NCBI GenBank assembly: GCA_001949185.1
Contig: BDGG01000001.1
Coordinates: 8,005,262 to 8,028,269 of the forward strand
Reading direction: 5' to 3'
Source of the DNA: Ramazzottius varieornatus
Taxonomy: Eukaryota; Animalia; Tardigrada
Length of the DNA: 23,008 nt
The notes under the pieces are model-generated. The model worked only from the letters and a program-made list of their open reading frames with translations. It was not told the DNA's origin and made no database searches. Of this stretch, positions 9,075 through 20,519 are shown piece after piece (the stretch's first letter is position 1; each line of letters starts with the position of its first letter). Position numbers and translations under genes: made by a program.

Positions 9075-12000
9075 GGTCGTTCGGAAAAACTATCCATTTA
9101 TATACAAGGGATGTCGTCTTTAACCGAATACTGTTTTTAATAGCTTTAGTGTACTGATTTACCGCCTGGATAGACGATTAGGGATATCATCTAGGATGTG
9201 CTAAGTTGTCCTGCCCGTTTGAGGTTACAAAGACGCGTAGGACCTGCCGGAACCTAACACACTGTCCGTGACACTCCGTTTCACTAGAAGCACCGCTTTT
9301 GCACTGCTTTCTGACTAGGTGCATGGCCTAATACTACCTTCCGGACATATTGACTTCGAGTTCTTTTGCGCAGAAAGCGAGCACGTTTTTGAGCAGCAGG
9401 CATCTGCGTGGTGCGAAAAACTAGACACCCTTAAGACGTATACGACTCGTTGCTAAAACTAACGATGGCGTATGGCCGGTGAGGAAATTTTTGTCTCTTT
9501 TGTAAAATAACTCAAGGTTGGTGACCACGGTGAACGGTAAAACCTCTCTGTTTCGAACTTCTCGAGACAGCTTTCGGCGTTCATGGATTGCTACTTCAGA
9601 AGTCAGTGCATGAATAGTCCCATCCCCCCTTACAAAGAGGTTCCGAACCAAAATTAAGTTCTGTGTAGCTTTGCCCGCTCTTTACGGAGACAGAACGCAC
9701 AAAATCTAGAGAATGTTACACGAGTCCGTCGGAATCAAGCTTTCAAGAATTGTTCATCCTCTATCCATGCGTACTAGGAAGCGGTAAAAGGAGAGTTTAG
9801 GTTTGCCGGTAAGCGTTAGAGCGAAACACAAATACTAGATGCTACTTCCAAACTTACTTTATGACTTCAGCCAGTAGGGTTTCTGATCAGTGGCTTACCA
9901 TGATCAGTTCCGTAAAGTGGTGACTGTTATATGAAAAGGGGATTACGAAAACAGGGATTCTCACGGCAGACTTTCAGTTTGCAATTTACCCTTGTGCTTC
10001 AGCAGCGTGTTCATTCTGTGTTTGTTCCGGTGTGCCTTACACTGCAACAGTTACAGTCGCCGAAATGGTGAGAAAATTTGGTTCATAGAAGTTGCAGTTT
10101 AGGGAACTTGAGCACTGTTCGCTGCAGGGTATTGTTTGTATTTCGAAAGCGATTATGGGATCAAATTGTCACAAAATGTTTGCCCGGATACCAGCAATGT
10201 TTTGTCGAATCTCAGGAGAGCAGCCATCTCTCCGAAGTACTAGTTCCTTGGCTTTAACTTTGCGGGTTTCGGTGGATCATGTGTGAAACAGTTTTGCGAT
10301 TTTGTGTGACGACTTTCAAAGTATAATTCAGGCTGTATGTTACTAGCACTGTTTTGAAGAATTTTTGAAATGACAGCAACTCGCTATAAGCGTTCTATCG
10401 AGTAAGAAAAATTGGTGAAGGAAAAGTGGACATTCAAAACTGAGTCCCAGTCGGAAATTTTTCCTTCTCGACAGCGGCGGCCGGATCCAAAAATTGCTCG
10501 GTAGTTTAGTACTAGGGAACTTCTGCCACGTGATAAGGAACACGGACTATGGATGTTTTGCCTGCAGAATGTTGAGCCGAGGTTTTTCTGAAAACGTATG
10601 TGGTATGGAGCGTTGTCTGAGGTGCGCAGCTTTAGTGTGGTGCTCGGTTTCTGGTTTTGCCTGTCCCACTGCTTTGACTGGTCCTTTTGATGTGGCGTCA
10701 GAGGACATTGCTGCTCTGTCTTCTCACACCACTCCATGTCTGGAAAGGACTGATCGCCGAGGATCCCTGCGAGGCACTCGGTCTGTCTAAAAACTGTTGG
10801 TTTTTCAGGGGTCAACTTGCAACTGGCTGACTGTCCGGAAAAGCCATTTTGATCAAAACTTTTGCCTGCTTTCGGAAGCGCATTCCTTCTGCCGTTGCTT
10901 CTAGGAAGGTTCAATTTTCGACCCAGCCAGACGAAGAGCCTTGGTCAACACAGTAAACAAAAACAATCTGTAAGAATAAGTCAAAACATAAGTCGAGATA
11001 AGTCAAAACATCTCCAGCAGTTTTTAGGAACAGCTGTCACGGGAAGCTTACTGCTTGTTTGGGAACGCGGAGCTGAGGTACAGTCTGTTACAGCAAAGTT
11101 GTCTGTGTTTTCGAAAATAGTTTTATCTCTTTCCGACCCCTTTACGCAACTTCCTGCTTATTTCTAAACGATGGAGCATTCGACTCAACATCTAGAAATT
11201 CCGCTGAAGTGGTCAAAATCTCGCGCGCCGATTTTCCAGGTCGTCGGCGAAACTGCTAAGCGAAAATACTGGTCTGACCCGTTCTCAGCACCTACCCCAG
11301 AATGCAGTGAAAGTGAATAGCTCTGTGTTGTTTTCATCTGGACACTGATATCAAAACATCATCGAGGCCATGTTCCAAGAGTTTAAAAGTACCATTAACC
11401 GCTGGCATGTGGTAGTTCAGCACAACGGCTGAAAGCAAGCGAGCCCCTTAAATCTGCTCGCAAAGATTACCCAAACGACATTTTTCGATGCACAATGAAG
11501 CTTATCCTGCACGATTGGTATCAAAAATAGCCCAAAAGCTGCACTACAAAATCTTTGCAGAAGCTTCTCAGAAGCGAGTAACTGAAGAATAGAACTGCAT
11601 GCTACATGAGGTGTCCCAGCCATTATGACAGCAGAGTTGGCCCATTTGCAAAAGTAATTTCGCACCACCGCCGGGATGTCTGACTCACTAGTCATAAACA
11701 CATTACTTGGTATAAACAGTTGTTGATTTGTTCTGAAAATATTGGAAGATTCTCGCTACTATGGGCTTACAGACAACGCTTCATGCAAAAGGGAAGCTTG
11801 TTTTGTAACAGGCGTTTCTGATACACTCAGTAGTTTTGGCTGAATTTTCTTTCTCAATTCGACTGCTGATTAATTCCATCACCAACTGAGGAAACAAGTT
11901 TAGACTAAGAGATATATTTACTGCAAACACAATAGACGGAACAAGATGGACGCTCAATTTTTGAAATAAAAAGGTCCCACACCGACGACTTTGTTGGAAC

Positions 12001-12420
12001 AGACTGTACTATGTGTGCCCAGTTAGGAGGTCAAAGTTGGGAGCGTCCTAGAAATATGAAAATTAGATATGGGTACAAACCGGTGAGACCTAATTTTCTT
12101 CTGCATACGGAATATTCCGCTCCGGTTGCAGAAAGTGGAGGCTTTTAGATGCAGGCATTACTGCTACTGTTTAGAAAGACAACCGAATGGAGACATGTTC
12201 CAGGGGTGTATTTGCGAAATCGGATGTAGTGCAGATCCAGCACCGGTTTTTACTAATGCTGCAGGGCACTCATTGAACAATTATGTAGCTCTCCCTCGGC
12301 GAAACTGTTTCTGATTGTGATGGCTCTGAAGTGCGAACGGTACATCCCAAGGATTAAGAATCAGCAAGAAGCCGAGACGAAACAAAGTGATTTATCACTG
12401 GCCTTTATAAAGATGGCGCA

Positions 12421-12732
12421 TCATACTTCATCTGATGTCTGGCTGATGTTGATGATGCAGGTATCATGGTCCCAGAAACCATCCCGCGTCTGGGTTCCAG
12501 ATGTTCCACGCTTAAAACAGTGTGAGCAGATCTCGCTGTCATGTTTCAAAAAGCTCTGAACAGAAAAAGGTTGTTGGTCACATGGAAAATACCTTCTCAC
12601 GAGGTAACGACTATCAATACCACCGTTCCGGAAAACCGTCCAATAGAAGTACAATAAGATTGCTAACGTTAAAAGCAAAGTTGCAAAGCGCGTGACACTC
12701 AGCTTCCCGACAACATATCCCAGCCATTGCAT
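12421..12732 (-). CDS. Probable first exon of a type II membrane (Golgi-type) protein; downstream partner exons uncertain
   Basis: ATG, short basic N-terminus, hydrophobic FATLLLTLAILLYFYWTVF, then several candidate GT donors (for example AAG|GTATTT near 12592). Confidence 0.5.
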   Translation of the reverse strand: MQWLGYVVGKLSVTRFATLLLTLAILLYFYWTVFRNGGIDSRYLVRRYFPCDQQPFSVQSFLKHDSEICSHCFKRGTSGTQTRDGFWDHDTCIINISQTSDEV

Positions 12733-13437
12733 CGTAGTTCGCCGAAAGAAACCAAAACGTTCAAGTTTGTCGAGCGGAATGAAAAACAGCTATGGTGTGC
12801 TCGAAGTTGCTACTAACAAGAGTGCACCTGTCGAGCTCATTAAATTGCATATGCACTAGTATTTCTCGTCCATTTATGTCACTTACTTGTTTACTCATGG
12901 CTGATATACGTTGTACAGCTACATGCGGTTCTGATTATACAGTTTTGAGAGGCCAAAGACACCTACGGCGGGTGCCTATCCCCTTGGTGGAAATTTTCGG
13001 AAGCAACCCAGATATGAAACCACTTGGGGAGAAAAGCTGCTTTACCGACACGAGAACCGACGGCTTCTCCAGACAGCTAGGTGACTTGCAAAGACTTGAA
13101 AGGAGAATAGAAGGGCAGCAAGCCAGGTTACGACGTATAATCGTGTTGGAAGAGCTGTACACGCAGGACGAGACATTATTGTACAGTAAAATTATGGGAC
13201 AGGCGGAAAGGACGGCAAAATGGAAATTCGACCGTAGAAAAGTGTCGAAAAAATGCATTACTGTGAATCGCTCGCGTACATACGTGCTCCCGTACCGCCG
13301 TAGCGAAAAGGCCCGTCCCATAATGTTTACTGTACCATAATTTCTCGTCCTGCGTGCACGGAGAAAGATCTCTTCACTATAAGGCGCCGCTGGGGTCACT
13401 CCTTTAGATGATACGGGGTGACTATCCACCTTATCTA

Positions 13438-14024
13438 CAGCCCGTTTTGAGCAAAATTGTCACCACTCATTTAGAACCTTGGTTCTTTCCCAAGAACGAT
13501 TTGTGAAAGTTGTTTCTAATTTTGCCTGATAGCCCCAACTTTCCCCTTTTAGCATCAGACATCCCAGATCGAACTACCGAAGTCGAAATGCCGATCACAA
13601 GAGCTCAAGGCTCGACGGGAGCAGTCGTGTAGAGACCCTTGTTTTCCCATTGTTTCTGCAACGGTCCCAAAACAGACTTTTGCTTCGAAAAATTTTGTAT
13701 GAGACAACGAAAAGAACTCGCTGATGCAGAACGATAGCGCACCTGATCTGGTATCGGACGCGCTAGAGTTTGCGTGAAATGAGTCACGCCGGAATTTAGT
13801 AGACTTATATTCCAAGAAAAAAAGTTCGGTCGGATGACGACCCTCACCCAAACAATTTCTCCTCGGCAACCAACGGTACTTGCAAAGGATTCGTTTCTGG
13901 TTGATTCTAGTAGCTTATTGACAGGGCTTTCAACCGTAGCTTAAAAGTTAGGCCTGAAACTCTCATCGTGAATTGTCCGACAAGTTTGAAAAATCAGTGG
14001 TGACAACTTTGCTTGAACGGGCTG
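13438..14024. mobile_element. 587-bp MITE with ~34-bp TIRs and TA target duplication (Tc1/mariner type)
   Basis: cagcccgttttgagcaaaattgtcaccactcattt (13438-13472) vs reverse complement of 13991-14024 cagcccgttcaagcaaagttgtcaccactgattt. TA lies at 13436-13437 and 14025-14026. Confidence 0.85.
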
Positions 14025-16035
14025 TAGTTCGCCAACATGGACTTTCTAGTTTCGCGTCTGAAACCAGGTTCGTTGTACTGTTTTCAGCTAATGTCAGTAT
14101 GTGTGGATAACAACTAACTAGTGGTCCTGACCACTGGGAAGGTCGAGCAAAGGACCAAAAACCCAGAGAAAGAACAATCGTATACCGTCAAATAACCTCA
14201 CACCTCCTTTCCCCTTTCCCCTAACCCTGATGAACCTGCGCACCGTTTCCCATCACCGAGTTTACGATATCAGAAAGCTTCATCACTTTCCTCGCTTATG
14301 GGAATCATGGCAGACCTATAAAGGCCTCGCTTCGCTCGGCCTGATCAGAATTGTCTGGACGGAGTTGACTAACGCGTGACTGACCGTGAAGTCTTGTGTG
14401 GGCTTTTGAGATGTGAAAGAGACTCGTTTCCCGGCTGCAAATACGGAGTCTAATTTACGTCGTGGGACAGTCAGCTTATCGGTTTGCTTTACTTTCGATA
14501 GAAACATACTTGAAACTAGCAACCATTAGTTTGAGACAACAGACTGTCCATGTCTGGCGATAAACCTAGTCCCCGATACACGACTAGACAATTTGTGCGA
14601 ATAAGCCAGACAACGTAAACAGATGCTTCACCTTATCTTAGGGTGGCGAATTAGACCACCAATTGGTCAACCATTATCTTGACGATTTACATCGTAACGC
14701 CGTCATGTGGCAGACGCTGTGACTTTCAAGTGGATCTCGAGTCTGCGATTTCGTGATTTATGCCTGGAGTAGTCTGCTCAATCCTTCTCCGAAGTTCAAT
14801 ACACCGTTCTCATTGCTCTTGAAAACACACTTTGTCACTTCGTAAAAGTAGCTCGGTCGCGTGTAGTAATGAAGACTAGTATTTGATTGCGATGAGCTAT
14901 GCACGTCATACTCAATTATGAAGTATTTACTGCGCTGGATCATGGTCTCGTTAAGCAACGTCATATGTTTCTACATGGTAGAGAGGTTGATATTTGACTT
15001 GATCAGTGTTTAGCACAGGTTTAGCACAGTGAGCAAGCTCCGCCCCCTGGCTACACTAAACCAGCAGAGGTTGCGACTTGCACTACGCAAACTCGTTATT
15101 AGCATACCTTACGTACGTACGCGTTCGATAAATTTTTAATTTAATTTTCCGCCTTACCATTAACTCTAGGTTTGCCCTACTTTCAGTCTTCCACTGTGTA
15201 GTTTTCCTCGAAAATTGTAGCTGTACACCATCCGTAGCGGTCGTGTCCTAAAGCCTCCCAGAGAAAGTTTGCCTCTTCCCACTGCTACTGCTCAAACTAT
15301 CCCCGGAGAAGAGAACGTCCCATCTCCGGTTGCTTCAAAGCGGTTCAAGCGCCTCAACGCGAAAGTGACGAAAACATGGTAAGTCTATCTGCTGTACATA
15401 CACTGAGTGACGGTGCTGACTGAGTACGTTTCGCAGCGCAGACAGACTTACCAACCTTTCGTCACTTAAGCTTCTGGAAATGTTTGAGCTTGACGCGTCA
15501 ACCGACGTGGATTGTGATGGCGCCATCGACTGCTTGTTTCGTCATTGGCTCAAGGGTAATGTGGAAGAACAGGAGAAGGATCAGTGGACCAAAAAACAGT
15601 CCACAGTCTGGCCACCAGTGTCGGGCTCAATATTCGACTCGTCTTCGCACAAGCAGCAGAGTTCGCTGGGATCAACGTTCATGTCATCTCAGGAAACGGA
15701 AACGGTGACGAAAACAAGCTTCGTCGAGTTCGGCCAACAAACACCGCCATCAACATTATGCAAGAACGTGAGTGCTTGTGTTCTACGTTTGACGTCACTC
15801 TGTATTTTGACAAATCGTGCCTCCTGTATTTCCAGATCTCCCTGGACATCCTTTCTTGATCGAAAGATTTGGGTGAAGAAACTTGTAATTTGGTTCTAGT
15901 GCTCAGTAGAGTGTGTTTTAGAAACGTCCTTTGATCTAGTGTTGGCTTCTCTCGTCTCTGACAATCTAACATGCCACCTGGATCTGTAATAAATATGCTA
16001 AACCTACCATTCGGATCACTGATGTGCCAAGATTA

Positions 16036-16189
16036 AAAGCTACAGTGCAGGCTACAGTTAATATTTAACTGCAGATCCAACAAAGCTACAGTTGAGCCTA
16101 CTGGGAAATCCAAAGTAAACGCAACAGTAAAAGCTTCCGTGAACGATACAGTAAAGGCTACAGTCAGGATAACAGTTCAATGTACAGAA
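16036..16189 (+). repeat. Degenerate 12-bp-period tandem repeat (consensus ~aaagctacagtN)
   Basis: Units aaagctacagtg, caggctacagtt, then from 16082 aaagctacagtt gagcctactggg aaatccaaagta aacgcaacagta aaagcttccgtg aacgatacagta aaggctacagtc aggataacagtt. Confidence 0.75.
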
Positions 16190-16216
16190 TCAGAAAACCA
16201 ACGAAGAAAGATGCAG

Positions 16217-16531
16217 TTAACCCCACAGTTGAAGGTGAGGTGCGGTGATTCCTGCTAGATATTCTTCCAACGAGGGTGCCAACACTCCGAATGTTTTTCC
16301 ACACAGAGATTCATAACAGCAAGTGTGAAGATTGGTCAAAGCTACGGATACAGTGTACTGCTTCGCCACGGGCTGCAGCAAGATTTTCTGATTTTTGTCA
16401 AAGTCCCTGAAGGCAAATTGTTGCACTACTTTCCCGAATGACCACTCTACAGCTACTCTCACCTGCGCCAAGGTTTCGTTGAAACGGATTTCACGCTTAC
16501 GCTTCGCATTCCGATGTGGTGTTATGAGAAG
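16217..16531 (-). pseudogene. C-terminal fragment of a Harbinger/HARBI1-like (DDE_Tnp_4) transposase
   Basis: LLITPHRN..FNETLAQVRVAVEWSFGKVVQQFAFRDFDKNQKILLQPVAKQY..LTNLHTCCY..PSLEEYL contains the FN...R-x-x-VE-x-x-FG motif with the catalytic Glu. Only ~250 bp separate it from the upstream TIR, so most of the gene is deleted. Confidence 0.88.
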
Positions 16532-17049
16532 ATCGCTCCGTTCGAAAATTTCGAAGTCTTTCCGGAGAGTAGACGAAGGAGAAAATTTACCGTGTTGCCC
16601 TAAGATTCGTTTTACCGACAGTAATTTATGCCCCGGAGAGAAATAGCTGAATTGCTATGCAAGCTTCACTAAACATCGGAATAGCGTCCCGTATGCGCTA
16701 TGCAAAGTTCAGAGCTTGCTTAGCATAGTGGGTTCAATCGGTTCAAGCATGCCTCCGTGATCTCTTCCGATTGGCTCGTTGCTGTGCTAAATCTGTGCTA
16801 AACACTCATCAAGTCAAGTATCAACCTCTCTAGTATGCTACCCGTTTAGCGGACTACAGCATCAAACCTATCAGGATATGGCTTCACAAGCACTTGCGGT
16901 AGGGTGGAGACACTGCTTCCGCTGCAAAAACTCGCCAGTGGCTCCGTGGTAGAATTACGAACAGCCTATTTGCCAGGTGTGCTAATGTCTGTACGAAAAA
17001 CCGCTTGGTTGGACGATCCGAGCTCTGCATTGAGAGGTGGCTACAAATC

Positions 17050-17259
17050 ATGTACTGCTCCGATAAAATTGTGTCAGTAAACAAAAAACTTATCAGTAAA
17101 ATATGCATCTTTTGCCTGTCCATATCTCTAGGATTGTTTGTTCTGAATGTCAACAACTGCATATACCGTGTGCGAGTGGATGGTGCTATCTGGGATGGAG
17201 TCAAGCTGTGTGGTTTCACCCATTCGTTCCGATCATTTGGGAAAGAATGTGATCTTATG
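17050..17259 (+). CDS. Probable first coding exon (cytoplasmic tail plus transmembrane anchor) of the downstream GT11 fucosyltransferase
   Basis: ATG at 17050; MYCSDKIVSVNKKLISKICIFCLSISLGLFVLNV (basic tail plus hydrophobic segment). Strong donor ATG|GTAAGC at 17259/17260 in phase 0, compatible with the phase-0 acceptor at 20519/20520. Confidence 0.6.
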
Positions 17260-17366
17260 GTAAGCAGAACTTTCTGACAGCCCTTCTGCTGCAAGCCTCG
17301 TATTTCAAAGCCGCTCCATAACACTCTGAACGCCGGTAGTATTAAGACGTAGAAGGTCAACCTCAA

Positions 17367-17410
17367 GAAATATCCAGAGCCGAGCTCTGAAATATCCAGA
17401 GCCGAACTCT
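17367..17410 (+). repeat. 22-bp tandem duplication
   Basis: gaaatatccagagccgagctct followed by gaaatatccagagccgaactct (21/22). Confidence 0.85.
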
Positions 17411-19662
17411 GACTGACCCGGACACTGGGGCTGCTGCTCTGACGTCTTTTAGCCTCTTTGGGCGAGAAATTCCGCTGTAGCATCATGGAATTATCTAACT
17501 AATCCTTGAACAACTTACTTGCTATAGCCAGTGGCCAACCTTTTCTGAATATACGATCACATTCATTCTGCAAGCCGATGAGGTTTTGATTTTCAGTTTC
17601 GGAAACAAAAACATACGGGAAAACCAGAGGACAGACGGTTTCAGATCAAACTTTTCGTTTCCGTCAATTTACACATTACTTTTTTAACCGCACTGGAAAG
17701 AACGACAACTTGCCTGAGACATAGTGTATCTAATCGCCGAACGACTGCTTCTGCGTGGTCCGGTTCTCTCCGGTTGACTATTGCTGAGTTTTGGACGACA
17801 GTGAATCAGAAGCCAGCTCACAAACGGGCGCATCCGTGCTTAGATTGCTCCAGATCACATCCACCGCATAAAAAAATTGTAGCTAGAGCTACACTCTTCC
17901 TTATCGAAGTACAACTCGGCGGATGAGAGGACAAAGTTTGATGCAAGTTAAATCCATAATTTTGGTTGACGTCGGTTGCCCCGCCAGTCCAGTGACGTAA
18001 TGGGACTAAAATCTGCTCGGAACGAATATTAAATGGCTCGCCTTGAGCTTGTTTGCCTCCTATTACGTCCAGTCCAAACCGGCACATCTGTTCAAAACAC
18101 TTCTTCTATTGGTTTCACTCATTTCTCTTCGTCTGATATACTCAGCGAACCTGTTCCTTGTTTAAGACTCGATTTTATAGACATCGAACTCGAAAGTTAT
18201 GACCAAAAACGAAAATTTCTGTACGTCAGAATTGATATTAAGTATTTACGATTCTTCTTGACTTAAAGAGAAAGCTCTCTGATCGTCGGTTTTAGTATTA
18301 TTAATAGTACGGATAGATGTGAGATTTTCTTGTGTAGGGCATCTCAGCATGATCAAACCAAAAGCTGAGCACTATTTTAAATTTTGCTGGAAGACCCAGG
18401 AATATGGAAAGCGGGGATGCCCAATTCTACTGAGATGGCCCAAGGCAATTATGTGAGAGGTTCCAGGCTACTGATGTCGTTTTCACTATATGAGCGGGGT
18501 GAGCTGATAGAAGTAAAGAAAAGTTGCGAAGAAAGATGGAAAGACGTATGTGCTAGTGGTAATGAGCGGTCTGCCCCATTGTGTACTAGCCATTAACGGG
18601 AAGGAAGAGCCATGAAGTGACATGGTTTCAGTAGCGGTCTTAGACCGAATTCAAATAGACCCGACACTGACCAGTAAAACGACATCTTTCGAAAATTTAC
18701 GGTGAAAACGGAGCACTAAGGTCTTTACCCTTCTCCTAATTCAAGAATCACCTAGAAGATCCAATCCAAATTTTGAAGTTTTGTCGATACCAGACTCTTG
18801 TTGTTCGGTACTTTTGGCTAGCTGAACCTTCTTTGTCTGTCCAAAACTCGGAGAAACATTTCCAGAAAAACAATTTTTGAATTGTAAGTTCTGTTAACGG
18901 TGTAAAAAAAAACACCGAGCAACAAACGGTCAGACAATTCCATGGTGGTCGCAATGGGGCCCAAAATCTTTGTGGATCTTGAAACAATGACTGACTAGAT
19001 GGGTGTCAACGTCTGAAAACTGAGGACGAGTTGTAATCGAACGAATCGAATTTTGTTTCTTGGAAAAGACGACCAGCAGTTCATAGTTACAGCTTTTGCC
19101 GTTCACTGTGCGGTGACCGGTTTCAAGTCGGAAACCTAGTCAGTGCGGTATGCGTTACCGAGATTTACCTCGATCCGATAGCTTTGCCTTAAGGAGATGT
19201 GTTCACCTACACGGCGCTGACTCGCTCGTACAAACGTCAGCGTAGTTCTCGGATACCTAAACCGATCCGCAACCAGCGGAATAATTAGAAGCCTATTCTC
19301 ATTTTCAGAATTGCGCTGCTGGTCTTAAAGGCAGTCAAAATGTTTTCAATAGAGAAGCGCTGAAAGTTTCTACTGCTAAGCCGCCAGGAAGTCAACCGTA
19401 CCTATGGCGTGCAACGGAGCAGAACTTACAAGAGAAGTATCCATCGCCTCACTTCAATCCCCAAACAGATATTGCAAAAGGACATAGAAGAGTCTGATCT
19501 GTAGATCGGGATGGACTGCGTCGGCGGAAATGATTTCTGGACTGAACTGCAGAAATTAGAATCTGGGGAACGATTGCCGACAGGTCTATTTCGATGACTT
19601 AAGCAATGCGCTCTGATGTAACCCGCTTTGATATGGTTCTTTGATTGATTCACCGAGCGTTT

Positions 19663-20200
19663 TTTTGTGGACCTCTGTTCGGCCATAGTTTTTGTATCAC
19701 TTCTTGGGTCATCTTGGCCGTTCAACAATGCTGGGATCGGCTCTTGATCATCCTTCTGCCGGGGGAGATAAGCTGATGGGATCACCGATACCCATTATGT
19801 ACGATCCTGCGCTCAGTCGTATGCGCAAATGAAGCCCGGGTAGTGAGAATGCGATAGACCGGCTAATGAACGGCTAGCTGTCAATTATTGGAACGCAAAC
19901 GCCAAACATCAGACACGGTCAAGCCAGCATGCCATTGAGGACCGGTCATACACCTTGGGCATGCGTGCGTTCGAGGGATCGACTGCCCATCGTTGATTAG
20001 CCGGTCTACCGTGTTCTTACTGACTAGGCTTGATTTACGCGTACCACTGAGTGCAGAATTGTACATAATGGGTATCAGAGATCCTATCAGCTTATCTCCC
20101 GCGGTAGAAGGACGATCAAGAGTCGAATCCAACATTGTGGAACGGCCAAGATGACCCAAGAAGTGATACAAGAACTATGACCGAACGGAGATCCACAAAA
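19663..20200. repeat. Long inverted repeat: 223-bp arms, 92-nt spacer (foldback element or hairpin-RNA locus)
   Basis: 19663-19885 vs reverse complement of 19978-20200 align without gaps, with 37 mismatches by manual count (~83% identity). Confidence 0.92.
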
Positions 20201-20519
20201 GCTCGGCATCAGCAGATGAGACAGAACTTAAGAATAGATCAAGTCTCTTGGTTCAGTGTCTGATCTGGAATCGGTTTGTTGTTAAGCTTTCGAAACAGCG
20301 TTCAGACAGCTTTTAGGTCACATCGTTGCCTTTTCTCGTCGGCTCGGGCCCGTTCATTGATGTTTATCAGTTTGTTATCTACACTTAAATTATAAAAAGT
20401 GAAAGTTGTTGTTAAATTTTTATGCAAAATTTTGTTCTGAAGTACGTTGTTGAAGGACAGTAACACTGACCAAACCGGTGTTATTTGTCATCAATTGGTA
20501 TGTTTTTTCTGATTTACAG

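Larger units (their letters stand above)
14981..16830 (-). mobile_element. Internally deleted PIF/Harbinger-like DNA transposon (1850 bp, 49-bp TIRs)
   Basis: TIRs 14981-15029 and 16782-16830 match at 46/49 and each contains a duplicated TTTAGCACAG. A HARBI1-like transposase C-terminus lies inside. Confidence 0.88.

Noticed and set aside
8584-9123. 179-aa plus-strand ORF, and other antisense ORFs such as 2255..2716, 7974..8261 and 20747..20962
   Set aside because: Antisense shadows of real coding regions with no motifs.
10384-10914. SDNAPYH motif and RAI..RRCR suggestive of a Tc1/IS630 transposase remnant
   Set aside because: Isolated short matches with no SPDLNPIE-like motif and no paired TIRs found. 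May be a very old fossil but cannot be supported.
12792-13429. Overlapping 182-aa (+) and 164-aa (-) ORFs
   Set aside because: No recognisable domain and no way to choose a strand. Left unannotated.
14551-14612. Small nested hairpin (tgtctggc..ctagtc..gactag..gccagaca)
   Set aside because: Stems are short and out of register, so it could be chance or an unidentifiable MITE scrap.
15335-15972. Myb/SANT second ORF of the Harbinger element
   Set aside because: The position is appropriate but no Trp-spaced Myb/SANT motif is recognisable in the fragmentary ORFs.
16036-16189. CRISPR array or other repeat-spacer array
   Set aside because: Units are contiguous, degenerate and 12 bp with no unique spacers. 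No cas genes in the window.
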